The notes below the pieces were generated by a model, which saw only the letters and a list, made by a program, of their open reading frames with translations, searched no databases and had not been told where the DNA came from. A DNA stretch of 64,000 bases from Octopus sinensis. Its lineage: Eukaryota. Position numbers and translations under genes: made by a program. Below are positions 24,262-37,093 of the stretch, piece after piece; position 1 is the first letter of the stretch, and the number at the start of each line of letters is the position of its first letter. Where the stretch lies: assembly GCF_006345805.1 (NCBI RefSeq), contig NC_042997.1, positions 43,276,001 through 43,340,000 of the forward strand, read 5' to 3'.

Positions 24262-25095
24262 GTGTTATTTGGGTTATATTTCAAATGTAGGCAATAGTGG
24301 AATGATGGAGTGGGATGAAAGCATGGCCAAGATCGACAGAGCAAAAAAATGAATTTTTAAAAAAAGCTCGCGAAATAATTGTATTCCACTTGCTGAACTT
24401 ATATCTCGATGATTATTTTTTCTTAGTTCTTATGATTCTATGGGCTCCAAGTACTCGACTCGCACCTATTTTACAGACTCCGAAAAGAATAAAAGGAAAA
24501 AAGACAAAAGGAAGGCAGAATTTGAATTCAGAATGTAAAAGAGACGGAAGAAATGCTGCCAAGCATTTGGTCCGGTGCGCTAACCATTCTGCAAGCTCGC
24601 CGCCTTAATTTTGAAAAATAATGAATTTATTAAAATAACTTTATCATTAATCTACATCATTTAAAAAGGAGAAGTTTTGGGCGAGTATCCAAAAGTAATA
24701 ATATAATGGAATAAGAGTGAATCTTGGAAACCTTTTAGTGGTGCGCGCACTCCACCTGGTTAATAACTGTCTTAAAATCACATCCAACGATTTAACAAAA
24801 AAGGAAAAAGTATGAACTCACTAGTTTAAGGTACTATTCTTAGATATACTATGCACGATAGAAAGACTGGATGGTCACAACTGGAGTATATTCAGTTGGT
24901 GTTCCTTATGCTCAAAAAATAGATTTCTACAAGAACTGATAGGAGAAGCTATTGTGTATGTGTGTACAGATAGACATAGAGGAAAATATATACTTTTGAG
25001 CTGGAAGCTACAGTTCTTTTGATACTTATTTTAGTCTACTCTCCTATTTATTTAAAAGATTTGGAGCTTTGAAGCCCAAATGAGACAGGAGGATA

Positions 25096-25470
25096 TCTTT
25101 ATATATAAAAGTGAAGTTGTGTGTCTGTCTCCTACGATTTAGATTCCTAACTACTCCCACACTTTGTGGTGCAGTTTAACCAAAACCGGGTATCTTATAG
25201 TCGTGATTCATATCGAGCCCTTCTGGGTATTAGCGCGCGTCTACGATGAGTCTACGATTTTAAAAATAATTTACCATCATTGTTTTCCATTTTAATGCAT
25301 TTTTCGCTATTATATAAGGGAAGTAACTCTCTAAAAATGTCTACGATGAGTCAACGATTTAAAAAAAAATTTACCATCATTTTTTTGCTATCTTTTGGCT
25401 ATAACTCTCTAAAAATGCTTATATAGTTATTTCCCTTACAAACCCGAGCAACGCCGGGCGATACTGCTAG
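25096..25470 (+). mobile_element. Non-autonomous Helitron (same family as the 21221 dimer)
   Basis: A|TCTTTATATATAAAAG ... CCCGAGCAACGCCGGG ... CTAG|T; no TSD. Confidence 0.9.
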
Positions 25471-26088
25471 TAAGTTCTAAGACATATTTGTTGCCCTGTG
25501 CCTTTTTTTTTTTTTTTTTTTGTAATAGAAATTATTGAATTGGAAATTGAAGTTTAACGTTTTCACTCCCACGGACTGACATCCTGTCATATGTTTTCTG
25601 ACTATCCCACTATTACTCATCTACCATTCTGCCCCTCTTAGTATCTTGTTTACTTTGGTAATTGTAGAGAGGCACAGTATTTCATCATATGATTTTCCGT
25701 CCTCTTTTCATATTTGAAGCCTCTTTCTCTTGGATATTAGAATATCACCAATACAAAACCGTATAGAAATTATGCTCAATGTGTATATTGAGTTTGTGAC
25801 CCCAAATTTGACTCGTTTACTCTTCAAATTGTGTTGTTGGACTTGTGGTTGTTCTGAAGCACCACCTTAAATGTACTTTTTTAAAAATTTTATTTATTCT
25901 TTTTTAGTTGATCATCTTGATCTTGTACTTACTTTGTTACTTATTCAGTTGGTGACATTTTTGCCAAAACACTAAGTTATGAGGACATAAACAAACCATC
26001 TGTTGTTAAGTGGAGAAGGACAAACACACCCACCCAATACACAAAATGAGCTTCTAACCGTTTCTTTCTAGCATATGTACTTATAAAG

Positions 26089-26441
26089 CAGTGATTCTCA
26101 AACATTTTTTGCCTATGGACCCTGTTGGTCCTTATTTTACTCTACTGAAACCCCATGTTATATATAAAAAAAAAAAAGAAGCCTGTTATATTTTTGTAAC
26201 TAAAAATTATTAAGAAATTGTATTAAAAAATTGTTAAAATATTGGCGGAAGTAAAGAATACGTACAACACCCATTTTCAGCTTAACAAAAACCCTAACCC
26301 TAAACATCAGGTGTATGTATTCTTTCACCAAAATATTTTGTGTATTGTAGATGTATAAACAATTTATTGCTCATAAGCTTTAGCAACAAAATCTTATGTG
26401 GGACCCCCATGGGTCACATGGACCCTGGTTGAGAACCAGTA
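26089..26441. mobile_element. hAT-type MITE inserted in an old SINE A
   Basis: CAGTGATTCTCAA ... TTGAGAACCAGTA; imperfect 8-bp TSD TTATAAAG/TTATAACG. Confidence 0.65.
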
Positions 26442-26781
26442 TTATAACGCATTGGTTGGCTCAAGGCTATGCCTGAAGTGCCATGCAGTAGAACTGAACT
26501 TGGAACGTACATAGTTGTGAAGTAAACTTTTTAACTACACTGCCATATCTGCTCCTATTACAATCATGGTACCCTACATTTTTTTTTATATGCAGCAGTT
26601 GGACAAAATGATGGAAACACCGAGCATCATAGCATCATAATTTTGAAATATCTATAAAACTGTCAAAAGCTTGTTTATTTTTATGCTTTTTGATTTATTA
26701 TTAGTGTTGCTTAATATGCTTTGCTAAAATTGCTGTTTCTTTTCAGATATAATCTGAAAAAAGTAATTAAGATTCATTAAA

Positions 26782-27090
26782 ATGACAGATCTATCAGACT
26801 TTCAAAGAGGTCAAATTGTTGGTGCTTGTATGGCAGGGACTAGTGTAACGAAAGCAGCCAAAATGTTTGGTGTATCAAGAAGTACTGTCTCGGAAGTAAT
26901 TGACAGCCTTTGAGAAAGAGGGAAAAACCTCCTCGTCAAAAGAAAACTCTGGAGAAAACCAAAACTTTCAGATAGGGACCATGGGACTCTTACGTGAATT
27001 GTTAGAAAGGATCAGAAAAGTACAGCTCCCAAAATTACTGCAGAGCTTAATGACCACCTCGAGAACCCAGTTTCCACAAAAACTATTTGC
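26782..27090 (+). mobile_element. Tc1-family transposase N-terminal remnant (frameshifted)
   Basis: MTDLSDFQRGQIVGACMAGTSVTKAAKMFGVSRSTVSEV / TAFEKEGKTSS / RKPKLSDRD..TAPKITAELN..PVSTKTI (paired-like HTH region). Confidence 0.85.
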
Positions 27091-27810
27091 TGTGCTATAG
27101 AAATAGACTCATGTACACTGAGTTACTCTGACTTCTGGATCTATTTGCAATCTTTTTGTTTCGCTTCACTTTATTTATATTGCAAATGTCTGTGAGGAAT
27201 AGATAAACACCACAAGTCACTCCATTTTAATATATTGCACTTCATTTTCACTAGTTGGAAATCAGTGATCTAGAGGATTAGAATGTTATTATCCTCAGAA
27301 ATAAATGTTCCTAATTTAAATCCAGTTTACTGTATATATATATCCAAGATAAGACACCTAATAGAGATCAAATCAATTGAAATGAAGTGTACATAGTGTA
27401 AGTAATGAAAAGTCTTTCATCTAATGATGATATTAAGAGTCCAAAGAATTCTCTTATTAACAACTCATTTCAGACATTCTAGATAATCCTTTTAAAATGC
27501 CCAATGGGAATACAGAAGATTAAAGTGATAACAGGATTGAGACAATGAAGAAAACATCCACATAGTCACTTACAACAGCTAATTCTTCCTCAAATCACAT
27601 CCAACTACCTCTTTTAGATAAAGAGGTCTTATTAGATAAGTCCTAAATAATTTACATCTGAATAAAACACAGTTGTCATATCTGAATTCTTTGATCATAT
27701 CTGCTCTATCCAAACTGTTTTAATTTACAATGACAAGAATAGGCTTAGTTCTTCTACTGCAGTTTGAACTCAGAAACACAAGACATAAAGGCTAAGATTA
27801 TATAAAAAGC

Positions 27811-28209
27811 AAGGAGTGGCTGTGTGGTAAGTAGCTTGCTTACCAACCACATGGTTCCGGGTTCAGTCCCACTGCGTGGCATCTTGGGCAAGTGTCTTCT
27901 GCTATAGCCTCGGGCCGACCAATGCCTTGTGAGTGAGTGGATTTGGTAGACGGAAACTGAAAGAAGCCTGTCGTATATATGTATATACATATATGTGTGT
28001 GTGTGTTTGTGTCTGTGTTTGTCCCTCTAGCATTGCTTGACAACCGATGCTGGTGTGTTTACGTCCCCGTCACTTAGCGGTTCGGCAAAAGAGACTGATA
28101 GAATAAGTACTGGGCTTACAAAGAATAAGTCCCGGGGTCGATTTGCTCGACTAAAGGCGGTGCTCCAGCATGGCCGCAGTCAAATGACTGAAACAAGTAA
28201 AAGAGTAAG
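27811..28209 (+). mobile_element. SINE family A
   Basis: Near-identical to 283-699. Confidence 0.9.
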
Positions 28210-28610
28210 TAGAGGGCTACTGTAAATCAGTATCACAGAAGTGACTGGCTTTAAGTTATCTACTCATGGGAAACTAAATGTTACCACACTAATGTAAGCA
28301 TTAAAAATTTAATCTAAAATAATTAGGTCATGAGGACAGTAATATTAGACAATGACTAACATTATGTTAATTATGCATAAATTTCACTGCCATTTTTACC
28401 TAATTAGTGATGAGAGGATCAGTAAGTTTCTCTCATCATATTGTTTATGATTAGGCTTGAAAATTAGTATATTTTACACAATAAATTACTGAAATTACTC
28501 AGCCTGTTCATTTCTATAGAAAAAAAAAGTTGTCAAGTTAATGTTACTGAATTTAAAGCTGTGAGAGTATTACTCAAAAAATTGTTTCACCATCTCTCAA
28601 TGTCTCATAC

Positions 28611-30027
28611 CATCCGTTTCCCATGCTGACAAAGGTTGGACGGTTTGACAGGAGCTGGTCAGCTGAAGGGCTGTCCAGGCTCCATGCCTGTTTTGGCATG
28701 GTTTCTACAGCTGGATGCCCTTCCTAACATCAACCACTTTGTGTACCTGGTGCCAGCAGCACCCACAAGATTAGGAACACTCAGCTGGAGAAGGATGCAG
28801 AGAACATGCCTGTATGCAAGGACAACCACAATTTTACTTAGTTTGATGTCTTCTGAAGTATAGCAAACTGTCATCCGCTCTGTGAGGCCCAACATCCGAA
28901 GATCCTTTCTCACCACTTCATCCCATATCTTCCTGGGTCTACCCCTACCATATGTTCCCTCCACAATTAGAGATTGGTATCTTTTGATGCAACAGCCTTC
29001 ATTCATGACTGTACCAGCACAGTCTTGCACAATACATTTGATGTTATTCCTAGTTTTTATCTCAAATCACTTACACTCTGTCATATATGCACACTGACAT
29101 TACCAACCCATTGGAGCATATTGGCTTCATTTTTTTCAAGCCTTTGCAGATCCTCAGTAGTCACAACCCATGTCTCACTGCCATGTAGCTATTCGTACAC
29201 AGGCATCATTTAATCTGCCTTTCACTCTGAGGGAGAGGCCCTTCATTTCTAACAAAGGTAGTAGCTCTTTGAACCTTGCCCAGCCTATTCTTATTCTAGC
29301 AGCTATGCTTTTGGAACAACTTCCACCACTACTAACTTGGTCACCTAAATAACGGAAACTGTCTACTACTTCTAAGGACCCCCGCCCTGTCATTTGAGTG
29401 TTTAATGTACCTGCACATCTGCCACATGCAAAAACTACTTTCTCTGTTAGTCTTCCTGTGATACTGCTGCACCTCATATGTGTCCATAGCTTGCACTGGG
29501 GACATGATATGGAGTTTCTCCCAAAACCTTTTCTACATATTGAGCAGGGCAATCGCCTTGAAAGAGATCTGTGATTTGTCTGTTTTCCTGCTCATCAGGA
29601 TTTTGTTAATTTTAACTCTAAGGCCATTTGATTTCAGTCCTTGCTTCCATACCTGAAATTTCTTCTCTAGTTCTGATAGTGATTCAGCAATAAGGACATG
29701 GTCATCAGCATAGAGGATCTCCCAAGGGCAGCCAGTTTTAAATTCCTCAGTTATAGCTTAAAGGACTATGATAAACAACAGGAATCTAAGAACCGATCCT
29801 TGGTGGACTCCTACTTGTACACTAAATTCCTTACTATACTCATTGACAACTTTCACCTTACTGACAGCATCCCTGTACATAGCTTTTACAGCTCTCACCA
29901 ACCACTCATCTATCCCTAGCTTCTGCATTGTCATCCAGATAAGGGAGTGGAAGACCCTGTCAAAGGCTTTCTCCATGTCAACAAAAACCAGATACAGAGG
30001 TTTATTTTTGGCCAAGTATTTCTCCTA
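28611..30027 (-). mobile_element. Degenerate RTE-clade LINE (RT with inserted PHD finger, C-terminus, 3' UTR)
   Basis: YLVFVDMEKAFDRV, VGVHQGSVL, LLYADD, C4HC3 finger, LEVVDSFRYLG, GRGRPRKIW. Confidence 0.9.
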
Positions 30028-30659
30028 GATTCAGGGGTTTATTTTGGGCTGAGTACTTCTCTCTCTCTCTCTCTTTTATCTATATATATATATAGTCTTT
30101 TATCTGGGTGTTAAATGTTCAGTGTTTCAACCAAGTAATGCATATGTGTGTATATGTATGTGTGTGTAATGGAACCTGAAATCCCATGGATGTGAAGTAA
30201 ACACCATGCTTGCACATTAATACATGCACACACACACATTCACACTGTTTTGTTGATCAGATCAACTGGAACCCTCATCGTCATAGCTGACAGAGTGCCA
30301 GTTATTTTGTTACATTTGACAGAGTAAGGGTTAAACACAACAGACTGTATTATAGGAATGAAGGCAGCTTCTATCTAAGCAGTCACACATTTTTTAAAAC
30401 CCTTTTGGAAAGGAGAGAAAGGGGTTAGAAAAGAATGGGGCAGTAAGGGTGTCAGAGCGAGAGAAATGAAGGTTACAGAAGATAGCTTGTTGAAGAGGAA
30501 GACAAACTTGTGAAAGATCATAGAAAAGATTTTGCCTTTGAGTGTGTGAGTTTTAGGTAAAGTGCAGAAGTAGTCAATGACCTAGAATCACTGGGGTGCA
30601 GAGTTGTCTAATGCTACAGAGTGATCCTGTAGTGTGGATGAGGTGATGCATTTCCTCAG

Positions 30660-31006
30660 ATTTGGAGTCAAAGAAATTGCTGGAATAGCATGTCTGTTTT
30701 AGTGTGAGCAGAATGAAAGAAGGAAAAGTTAAGGTAGTTGGTATCTTTATTCTGGATAGAGGTGGATATGACAGGACTGTCAACAGTTGCAGGAATATTG
30801 AAGGTGGTAGAGATAAATTCTAAAGATGGATGGAAAATTGATGAAAGCAAGGAGCTCATTACTAGAGAGTGCAGTAGCACTGATACAATGCTTGATGACA
30901 TGGCCACACAATTCCAGAGTTAGATCCAGTGGACTGGACAAAGATCTGGGACTTCAATATAACCCATGAAAAAGTCAGTGTAACTAGGGCCCATCTTAGT
31001 TCCCAT
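30660..31006 (-). mobile_element. Degenerate Penelope-like element RT fragment
   Basis: MGTKMGPSYTDFFMGYIE ... FHPSLEF ... ISTSIQNKDTNYLNF resembles PLE RT motifs MGTKMGPSYANLFMG / FHPSLKFT / STSIYxKPTD..YL. Confidence 0.7.
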
Positions 31007-31029
31007 GTGTATGTTTGTGCCTAATATAT

Positions 31030-31360
31030 CTTTTGTTTCAGTCATTAGCCCACGTCCATGCTGGGGCACTGCCTTGAAGAACTTTTAGTTAGATGAATTG
31101 ACCCCGGTCCTTATTTTTAAAGCCTGGTACTTATTCTGTTGGTCTCTGTTTGCTGAACTGCTAACCTGTGGGGTGTAAACAAACCAACACCAGTAGTCAA
31201 GTGGTGGTGGGGCACAAATGCACACACACACACATATATGATGGGCTTCTTTCAGTTTCATCTACCAAATCTACTCACAAGGCCTGAGGCTTTAGTAGAA
31301 AGCACTTGCTCAAGGTACCACACAGTGGGACTGAACCTAGAACCATGTGACGGGAGAACA
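31030..31360 (-). mobile_element. Divergent SINE family A
   Basis: Degenerate reverse-complement match to 283-699. Confidence 0.7.
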
Positions 31361-31709
31361 AGACTCTGAATATTTTGTTTTTGTGAGTATGTGTGTGAGA
31401 GCATGTACATATGTATATGGCTGTGCTTACATTTTTGTAGATGCTGCACCTACCCAATCCAATGTTCTATTTTTGTACCTTTGACTCTCAAGTTTCTCTT
31501 TCCCATCACTTATACATTATTACATTTTTCTGCCTCTTTTTACTATACAGTTTTGTCTTAATAATTTACCAATCCTCAGAATTGCATTTCCTCACAGCCT
31601 CCCAATTCTTAAAATTTATTTTCTTCTTGAAATTTTTTATTACTCTCCATTGTTCTGACCACTCTTCTCTCCCTTCTGTGTTTGTGTACAACCATATTGA
31701 CCATCTTGG

Positions 31710-32495
31710 TCCGACAGAGTGTAAGTACCTTGAGAGAAAAGTTGGACCTAAGAAGCATCAGATGTGGTGTGCAAGAGAGGCGTCTACGCTGGTATGGACA
31801 CGTAGTAAGAATGGATGGAGATAGTTGTGTGAAAAAGTGCCACACCTTAGCGGTTGAGGGAACCTGTGGAAGAGGTAGACCCAGGAAAACCTGGGACGAG
31901 GTGGTGAAGAATGGCCATCGCTCTTTAGGTCTCACTGAGGAAATAACCAGAGACCGAGACCTTTGGAAGTATGCTGTGCGCGAGAAGACCCGGCAGGACA
32001 AGTGAGGCCATAACCCATGGCCCCTACCTGGGACGTAGTCAGTCCACCTGTGCATACCTTCCTTCTTGGGACACATAACTCTACTTGTGAAGACCTGTTA
32101 AGGCAAGTGAAAATCAAAAAATCAAAGAATCAAATCAAAATCGATGAACATCAATGGAATTTGTAGTTTTGTGATACCAGTGCCGGTAGCACATAAGAAA
32201 ACCATCCGAACGTGGCTGTAGCCAGTACCGCATCAACTGGCCTCTGTGCTGGTGGCACGTAAAAAACACCATCCGAGCGTGGCCGTTCGCCAGCCTTGTC
32301 TGGCACCTGTGTCGGTGGCACATAAAAAGCACCTACTACACTCACGGAGTGGTTGGCGTTAGGAAGGGCATCCAGCTGTAGAAACACTGCCAGATCTGAC
32401 TGGCCTGGTGCAGCCTTCTGGCTTCCCAGAGCCCAGTTGAACCGTCCAACCCATGCTAGCATGGAAACCGGACGTTAAACGATGATGATGATGAT
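31710..32495 (+). mobile_element. 5'-truncated RTE LINE with repeat-containing 3' UTR
   Basis: RRLRWYGHVVRM..GRGRPRKTWDEVVK..DRDLWK; UTR with ~55-nt repeats, GGCGTTAGGAAGGGCATCCAGC and a (GAT)n tail. Confidence 0.9.
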
Positions 32496-32965
32496 GTGTT
32501 ATGTTCCTTTCCTCTTTGCCCCACCTACTTCATTGGCCTAGCCTTCGCCATTGCAACTGACTTGTATCTTGCTGCCACTCTGGCCACTCTCCTCTCACAT
32601 TTCACTTTATCCACTTGTTGTTTACTCACACACCACTTTTACTTATCTCAGTTGGCTTCCTCTCTTTTCTTCACATCTATCCATTGATGTCTTGGCCCCA
32701 ATTCTTTAATTTTCTTATCTGCAGTTTTGCAAATCTTATTTTCTCTCTTTCTCAGGAGCAAAAATGACAAAATTAAACTTCTCTTCATGGCATAAAACAT
32801 ATTCCACTATTTGAATTATTTGTATTAGTTTTTGTTGTTATGAAACATCACAACTGAGATGTTGGGTTTCAGTGCTATATATGCATATCCACAAGCCTAA
32901 TTAAAGAAAAATAAGTGTTCCTTTCACTTTAGTTGCCGGTATGGACAAAGTACTTGAGTAAAATG

Positions 32966-33547
32966 GGCAAGACTTCTGCCCATCACCCACCCCCTACCAA
33001 AAACCACCCTTTTAAAAAATAATTTTTTTTTTGACACATACCTACCTTTTCAGCTACGGGGAATATGAATCTGCAAAAAAATTGGTAAAAATTAACATTT
33101 CTAAATTACCACCCCATCTCCACCCACCCCCATTTCCTTAATTTTTGACTTTTTTTCAGAATTTTTTTTTCCAAAATATGCGGAAAAATATGGAGATCTT
33201 TGTAAAAAATATTTTTTAAGAATTTTTTTTTTCTTCTAAATATGCGGAAAAATATGGACATCAAGATTTGGACAAAAATTTCAAAACATTTCTGTACTTA
33301 CGGTTCCGGTTTTAGGGTTAGGGGGTTAGGGTTTTAGGGTTAGGGTTAATGTTGGGGAAAAAAGTCAAAATTAAAGAAGTTGGGGGGAAAGTTTACAATG
33401 CCGATTTTTGGCAAAAAAAAATTACAAAATAAACAAATTTGGGAGAAAATGGGGTGGGGACGGGCGGAAGTGTTTCCGTTTGTGTCAACAAAAAAATATT
33501 TTTTTAAAAAGGGTGGTTTTTGGTGGGGGACAGGTGGAAGTCTTGCC
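32966..33547. mobile_element. TIR element with internal (TTAGGG)n
   Basis: ~70-bp imperfect TIRs GGCAAGACTTC..CCAAAAACCACCCTTTT..TTGACACA; TTAGGG units at ~33311-33347. Confidence 0.65.
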
Positions 33548-34021
33548 ACGCAAGTTTCCAGAAGTTAATCTGTCTGCATAATATAGAGTTATCATTAAAA
33601 TTTTATTTGCACTAATGGCAAAACTAAATCTACAATAAGGGATTTGTAAACAACCACATATGTAGTCCAAACAGCACTAACAGGGCAATGAGTCTACGAT
33701 ATAGTGTGTATGTCAAATGATACGGGGAGCGGGGTCCTAGGGGATTTTGTACACAGGTGGGCGATGGAGCATTTTTTGGCCGATAGGTGGGTGATATTGC
33801 AATTGGCGCGAAAAGTTTGGGAAATACTGGTATAGAGGTTCCTTTGTTGTTTGATTTTGTTTCAGTTTCATTCAACACATCTCTTTTACTTGTTTCAGTC
33901 ATTTGACTGCGGCCATGCTGGAGCACCGCCTTTAGTCGAGCAACTCGACATCTATTTACATGCCATTAACATGCTTCTTTCTTCGGTTAACCTCCAGTTT
34001 ACTACATGTTGTTTTACACCT

Positions 34022-34427
34022 ACTACTCTTTTACTTGTTTCAGTCATTTGACTGCGGCCATGCTGGAGCACCGCCTTTTAATCGAGCAAATCGACCCCGG
34101 GACTTATTCTTTTGTAAGCCCAGTACTTATTCTATCGGTCTCTTTTTGCCGAACCGCTAAGTAACGAGGACATAAACACACCAGCATCGGTTGTCAAGCA
34201 ATGCCAGGGGACAAACACAGACACACAAACACACGCACGCATATATATATGTACATATATATACGACGGGCTTCTTTCAGTTTCCATCTACCAAATCCAC
34301 TCAGAAGGCTTTGGTCGGCCCGAGGCTATAGTAGAAGACACTTGCCCAAGGTGCCACGCAGTGGGACTGAACCCAGAACCATGTGGTTGGTAAACAAGCT
34401 ACTTACCACACAGCCACTCCTGCGCCT
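34022..34427 (-). mobile_element. SINE family A (plus a 3' fragment at ~33880-33950)
   Basis: Reverse complement of 283-699. Confidence 0.9.
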
Positions 34428-34528
34428 ACTAATTTTTTTTCATTTTTTTGCTTGGGTCAAAAAACTGGAGGTTAACCCTTTCTTCCTTTTGTTTAACTAA
34501 AACGATAAATTAATTTACATCTTTACAG

Positions 34529-34605
34529 AAGACGGTCAAGCAAATTCATTTTCAACACCTCTAAAACAGCAAGTCAATTTACAAAGAATTCGAGACCGAG
34601 CAGAG
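34529..34605 (+). CDS. SOAT1: SOAT coding exon 2
   Basis: TTTACAG|AA GAC...GCA GAG|GTACGT; (E)DGQANSFSTPLKQQVNLQRIRDRAE; phases 1/0 consistent. Confidence 0.8.
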
Positions 34606-34645
34606 GTACGTATATTAAATAAATTACTTGCATTAGGTTTGTTAA

Positions 34646-34850
34646 TCCTTTAGCATTCAGATTACTCTGTCAAATGTAATGCTTTTAAATTAATCATACG
34701 TTATTTTGTAACTTCTCTTGATTCTGTTGATGTGATTTTTATTTTTAGAATGACCTTGTAGGGTAGGTGTGTGAGGCCAGATCTAGCCAGTTTGAACATA
34801 AAATGGGAAGAATATTTTGGCTGGATTTTTCTGGTTTAAATACTAAAGGG
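34646..34850. mobile_element. piggyBac-type MITE (degenerate)
   Basis: TTAA|TCCTTTAG ... CTAAAGGG|CTAA; same family as 49999 and 61050. Confidence 0.7.
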
Positions 34851-35454
34851 CTAATTGAATTATTTTGCACATTTGAATTATTTGCTGAGATAGGCACAGT
34901 CATCTTATTAAAATGTTTATTTCACAGTCCAGTGATTATCGTGAGCTGTTTCAGCAGCTTTTCGGCCTAGCATGAACTGGAAAAAGAAAATTGTGTGAAT
35001 TTGCTTTTTGTCTATGTTGTATTCAACGTTCCGGAAAAAATGGCCTAACTATTCAAAAAGAAAAAGAGTAACATGATTAGATAGAGCAAAAAAAGGGCTT
35101 TAAAATGATATATAAAGTCAAAGTAATTTCATGAAAAATAATTTGAAAATACATAATTTAAAACCAAAATTTAAAATTCCGCAAGAACTTTCTTGACGAC
35201 CTAATAATATTCTTGCTAATAATAATATTCGTGATTATTAAGCTGCTGGTTATTTATTTAGAATGGAAATTATTGAATTGTAAAGACTTTGAATCAGTTA
35301 GTCTTTGATATGTGATCTTATGTTGTCTGGAGAAACAAAGCAGTGATTACTTAATTTTACAGTTTTAAATGTATTATAAAATTGTGATAAAGACTTATAT
35401 TGAATTACACTCTAGTCACTGTTGCTTATTTTAAACGCAAAGTTTTATATTGAC

Positions 35455-35693
35455 AAAGCACCATCCGTTCGTGGCCGTTTGCCAGCTCTGTCTGGCACCT
35501 GTGCGGGTGGCACGTAAAAAGCACCCACTACACTCACGGAGTGGTTGGCGTTAGGAAGGGCATCCAGCCATAGAAATACTGCCAGATCTGACTGGGCCTG
35601 AAGCAGCCTTCTGGCTTCCCAGACCCCAGTTGAACCGTCCAACCCATGCTAGCATGGAAAACGGACACTAAACGATGATGATGATGATGATGA
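35455..35693 (+). mobile_element. RTE LINE 3' UTR fragment
   Basis: Matches 32260-32495 including the (GAT)n tail. Confidence 0.85.
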
Positions 35694-36968
35694 TTAACAA
35701 AAAACACAACTTCCTATAATGCAAATTCTGGGTTCACTTGAAACATATCTTAGAAAAGTTAAGACATCATTAGATTCAAGCGACTTTATATAATGCAGCA
35801 AATGTAGAATATGACAAACGTAATATGTTTATTGTTTAGTTTTTGACATACTGGCATTGGAACAAAATCTGTAACCAAATGCTCCAAATATGTGTTACTG
35901 ACCTTTGACAAAAAATAATTGCATAATTTAGTGTTGAAGTATCTATATATATATTTTTTCTTACTGTTGACAATGAACTGCGCACATGTCTATCTAGCTT
36001 CATTAACTGACTTTACTTTAGATGAATGCCTCATACATTTCGTATCAGTGCATATGGTGCATATGCTTCTCAGCATTCCCTACACCAATATTAACCCTGT
36101 TTAGTTCTGCTGTAGATCAGCATGGTGAGTGTGTGCATCTACAGAAGAATATGCACTAAATACATCGTTACTGGCTATGCAATGTGACTGAAATCAATTT
36201 CTCTTCAGTCAATTAAATAAAAGAAATGTATATTGAGTTATTTACTAGCCAGCTACTAAGTTTTAAATATGTTAACATTATGGACCTAACACTATATTTT
36301 GAAGGCATTCACTAGCTGTGAAGTTTGAAACTTATGCTAATTATGTAAACCTAAAGAAATATGTTCTGAGTCCTTTACTTATTGTGAAGCTTGAAAAATA
36401 TATTAATATTATGGTCCTTGTGTTCTGTAATTTTTTTATTTCTGCTTCCCTTAAATTTTTATGTTAAAGTAGTTGCTACCATTTACAACGGGAAAGTACA
36501 CTTTATACACATCTTGGGACAGCACTCACCCACTATCCACCTACATCCTCTTTCTGTCTCTATAACACAGTAACTACTTCTCTTCTGAGCTCAGAATTCA
36601 ATTCTATCTCGCCTAAATCTACTTTAATCTCTTACCAATATCTTATGTCTTATTCTCTAAACTTTGTAGTATACTCCTTTTCACATCTTCTCCAGAACTG
36701 CATCTACCTAGCACTCTTTCTTAACCCATGTCTATTAGCAATTCAAATTATCGATATTTTTTAGTCTAGTGAAGCCTAAAATGGCTGTGATGATTGTTCT
36801 AACTCCTTTTCATACAAGTAAATAAAATCAAATCTGAATGGTCAAATCTTATTGCACTAATTGATTAATGAAAAATGTTAAAATTTAGTGTGGACTGTAC
36901 AACTATAAACTTTGTTGTAAGGTTATGTGGAAATGTTTAAAATCTAACCCCAAAATGTTTTCCTACAG

Positions 36969-37093
36969 AAATTACAAGCAGATTTGATAGAACAAATGAG
37001 CCGAGAACTTGAGTGTTTATTTGAAGAATTTGTATCAGAAGTAGAACAAATTGAACAGAATCCACAGTCTCTTTTTGAAATTAAACCCAACAG
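36969..37093 (+). CDS. SOAT1: SOAT coding exon 3
   Basis: TCCTACAG|AAA...AAC AG|GTAAGC; KLQADLIEQMSRELECLFEEFVSEV..., similar to the SOAT1 N-terminal helix (ELKPFFMKEVGSHFDDFV). Confidence 0.85.

Noticed and set aside
26735-27090. Exonised Tc1 transposase (acceptor TTTCTTTCAG upstream)
   Set aside because: The transposase has frameshifts and a stop, no donor is evident, and exons 1 and 2 already join in frame.
33311-33347. Telomere or chromosome-fusion relic
   Set aside because: Only ~5 imperfect units, internal to a TIR-bounded element.
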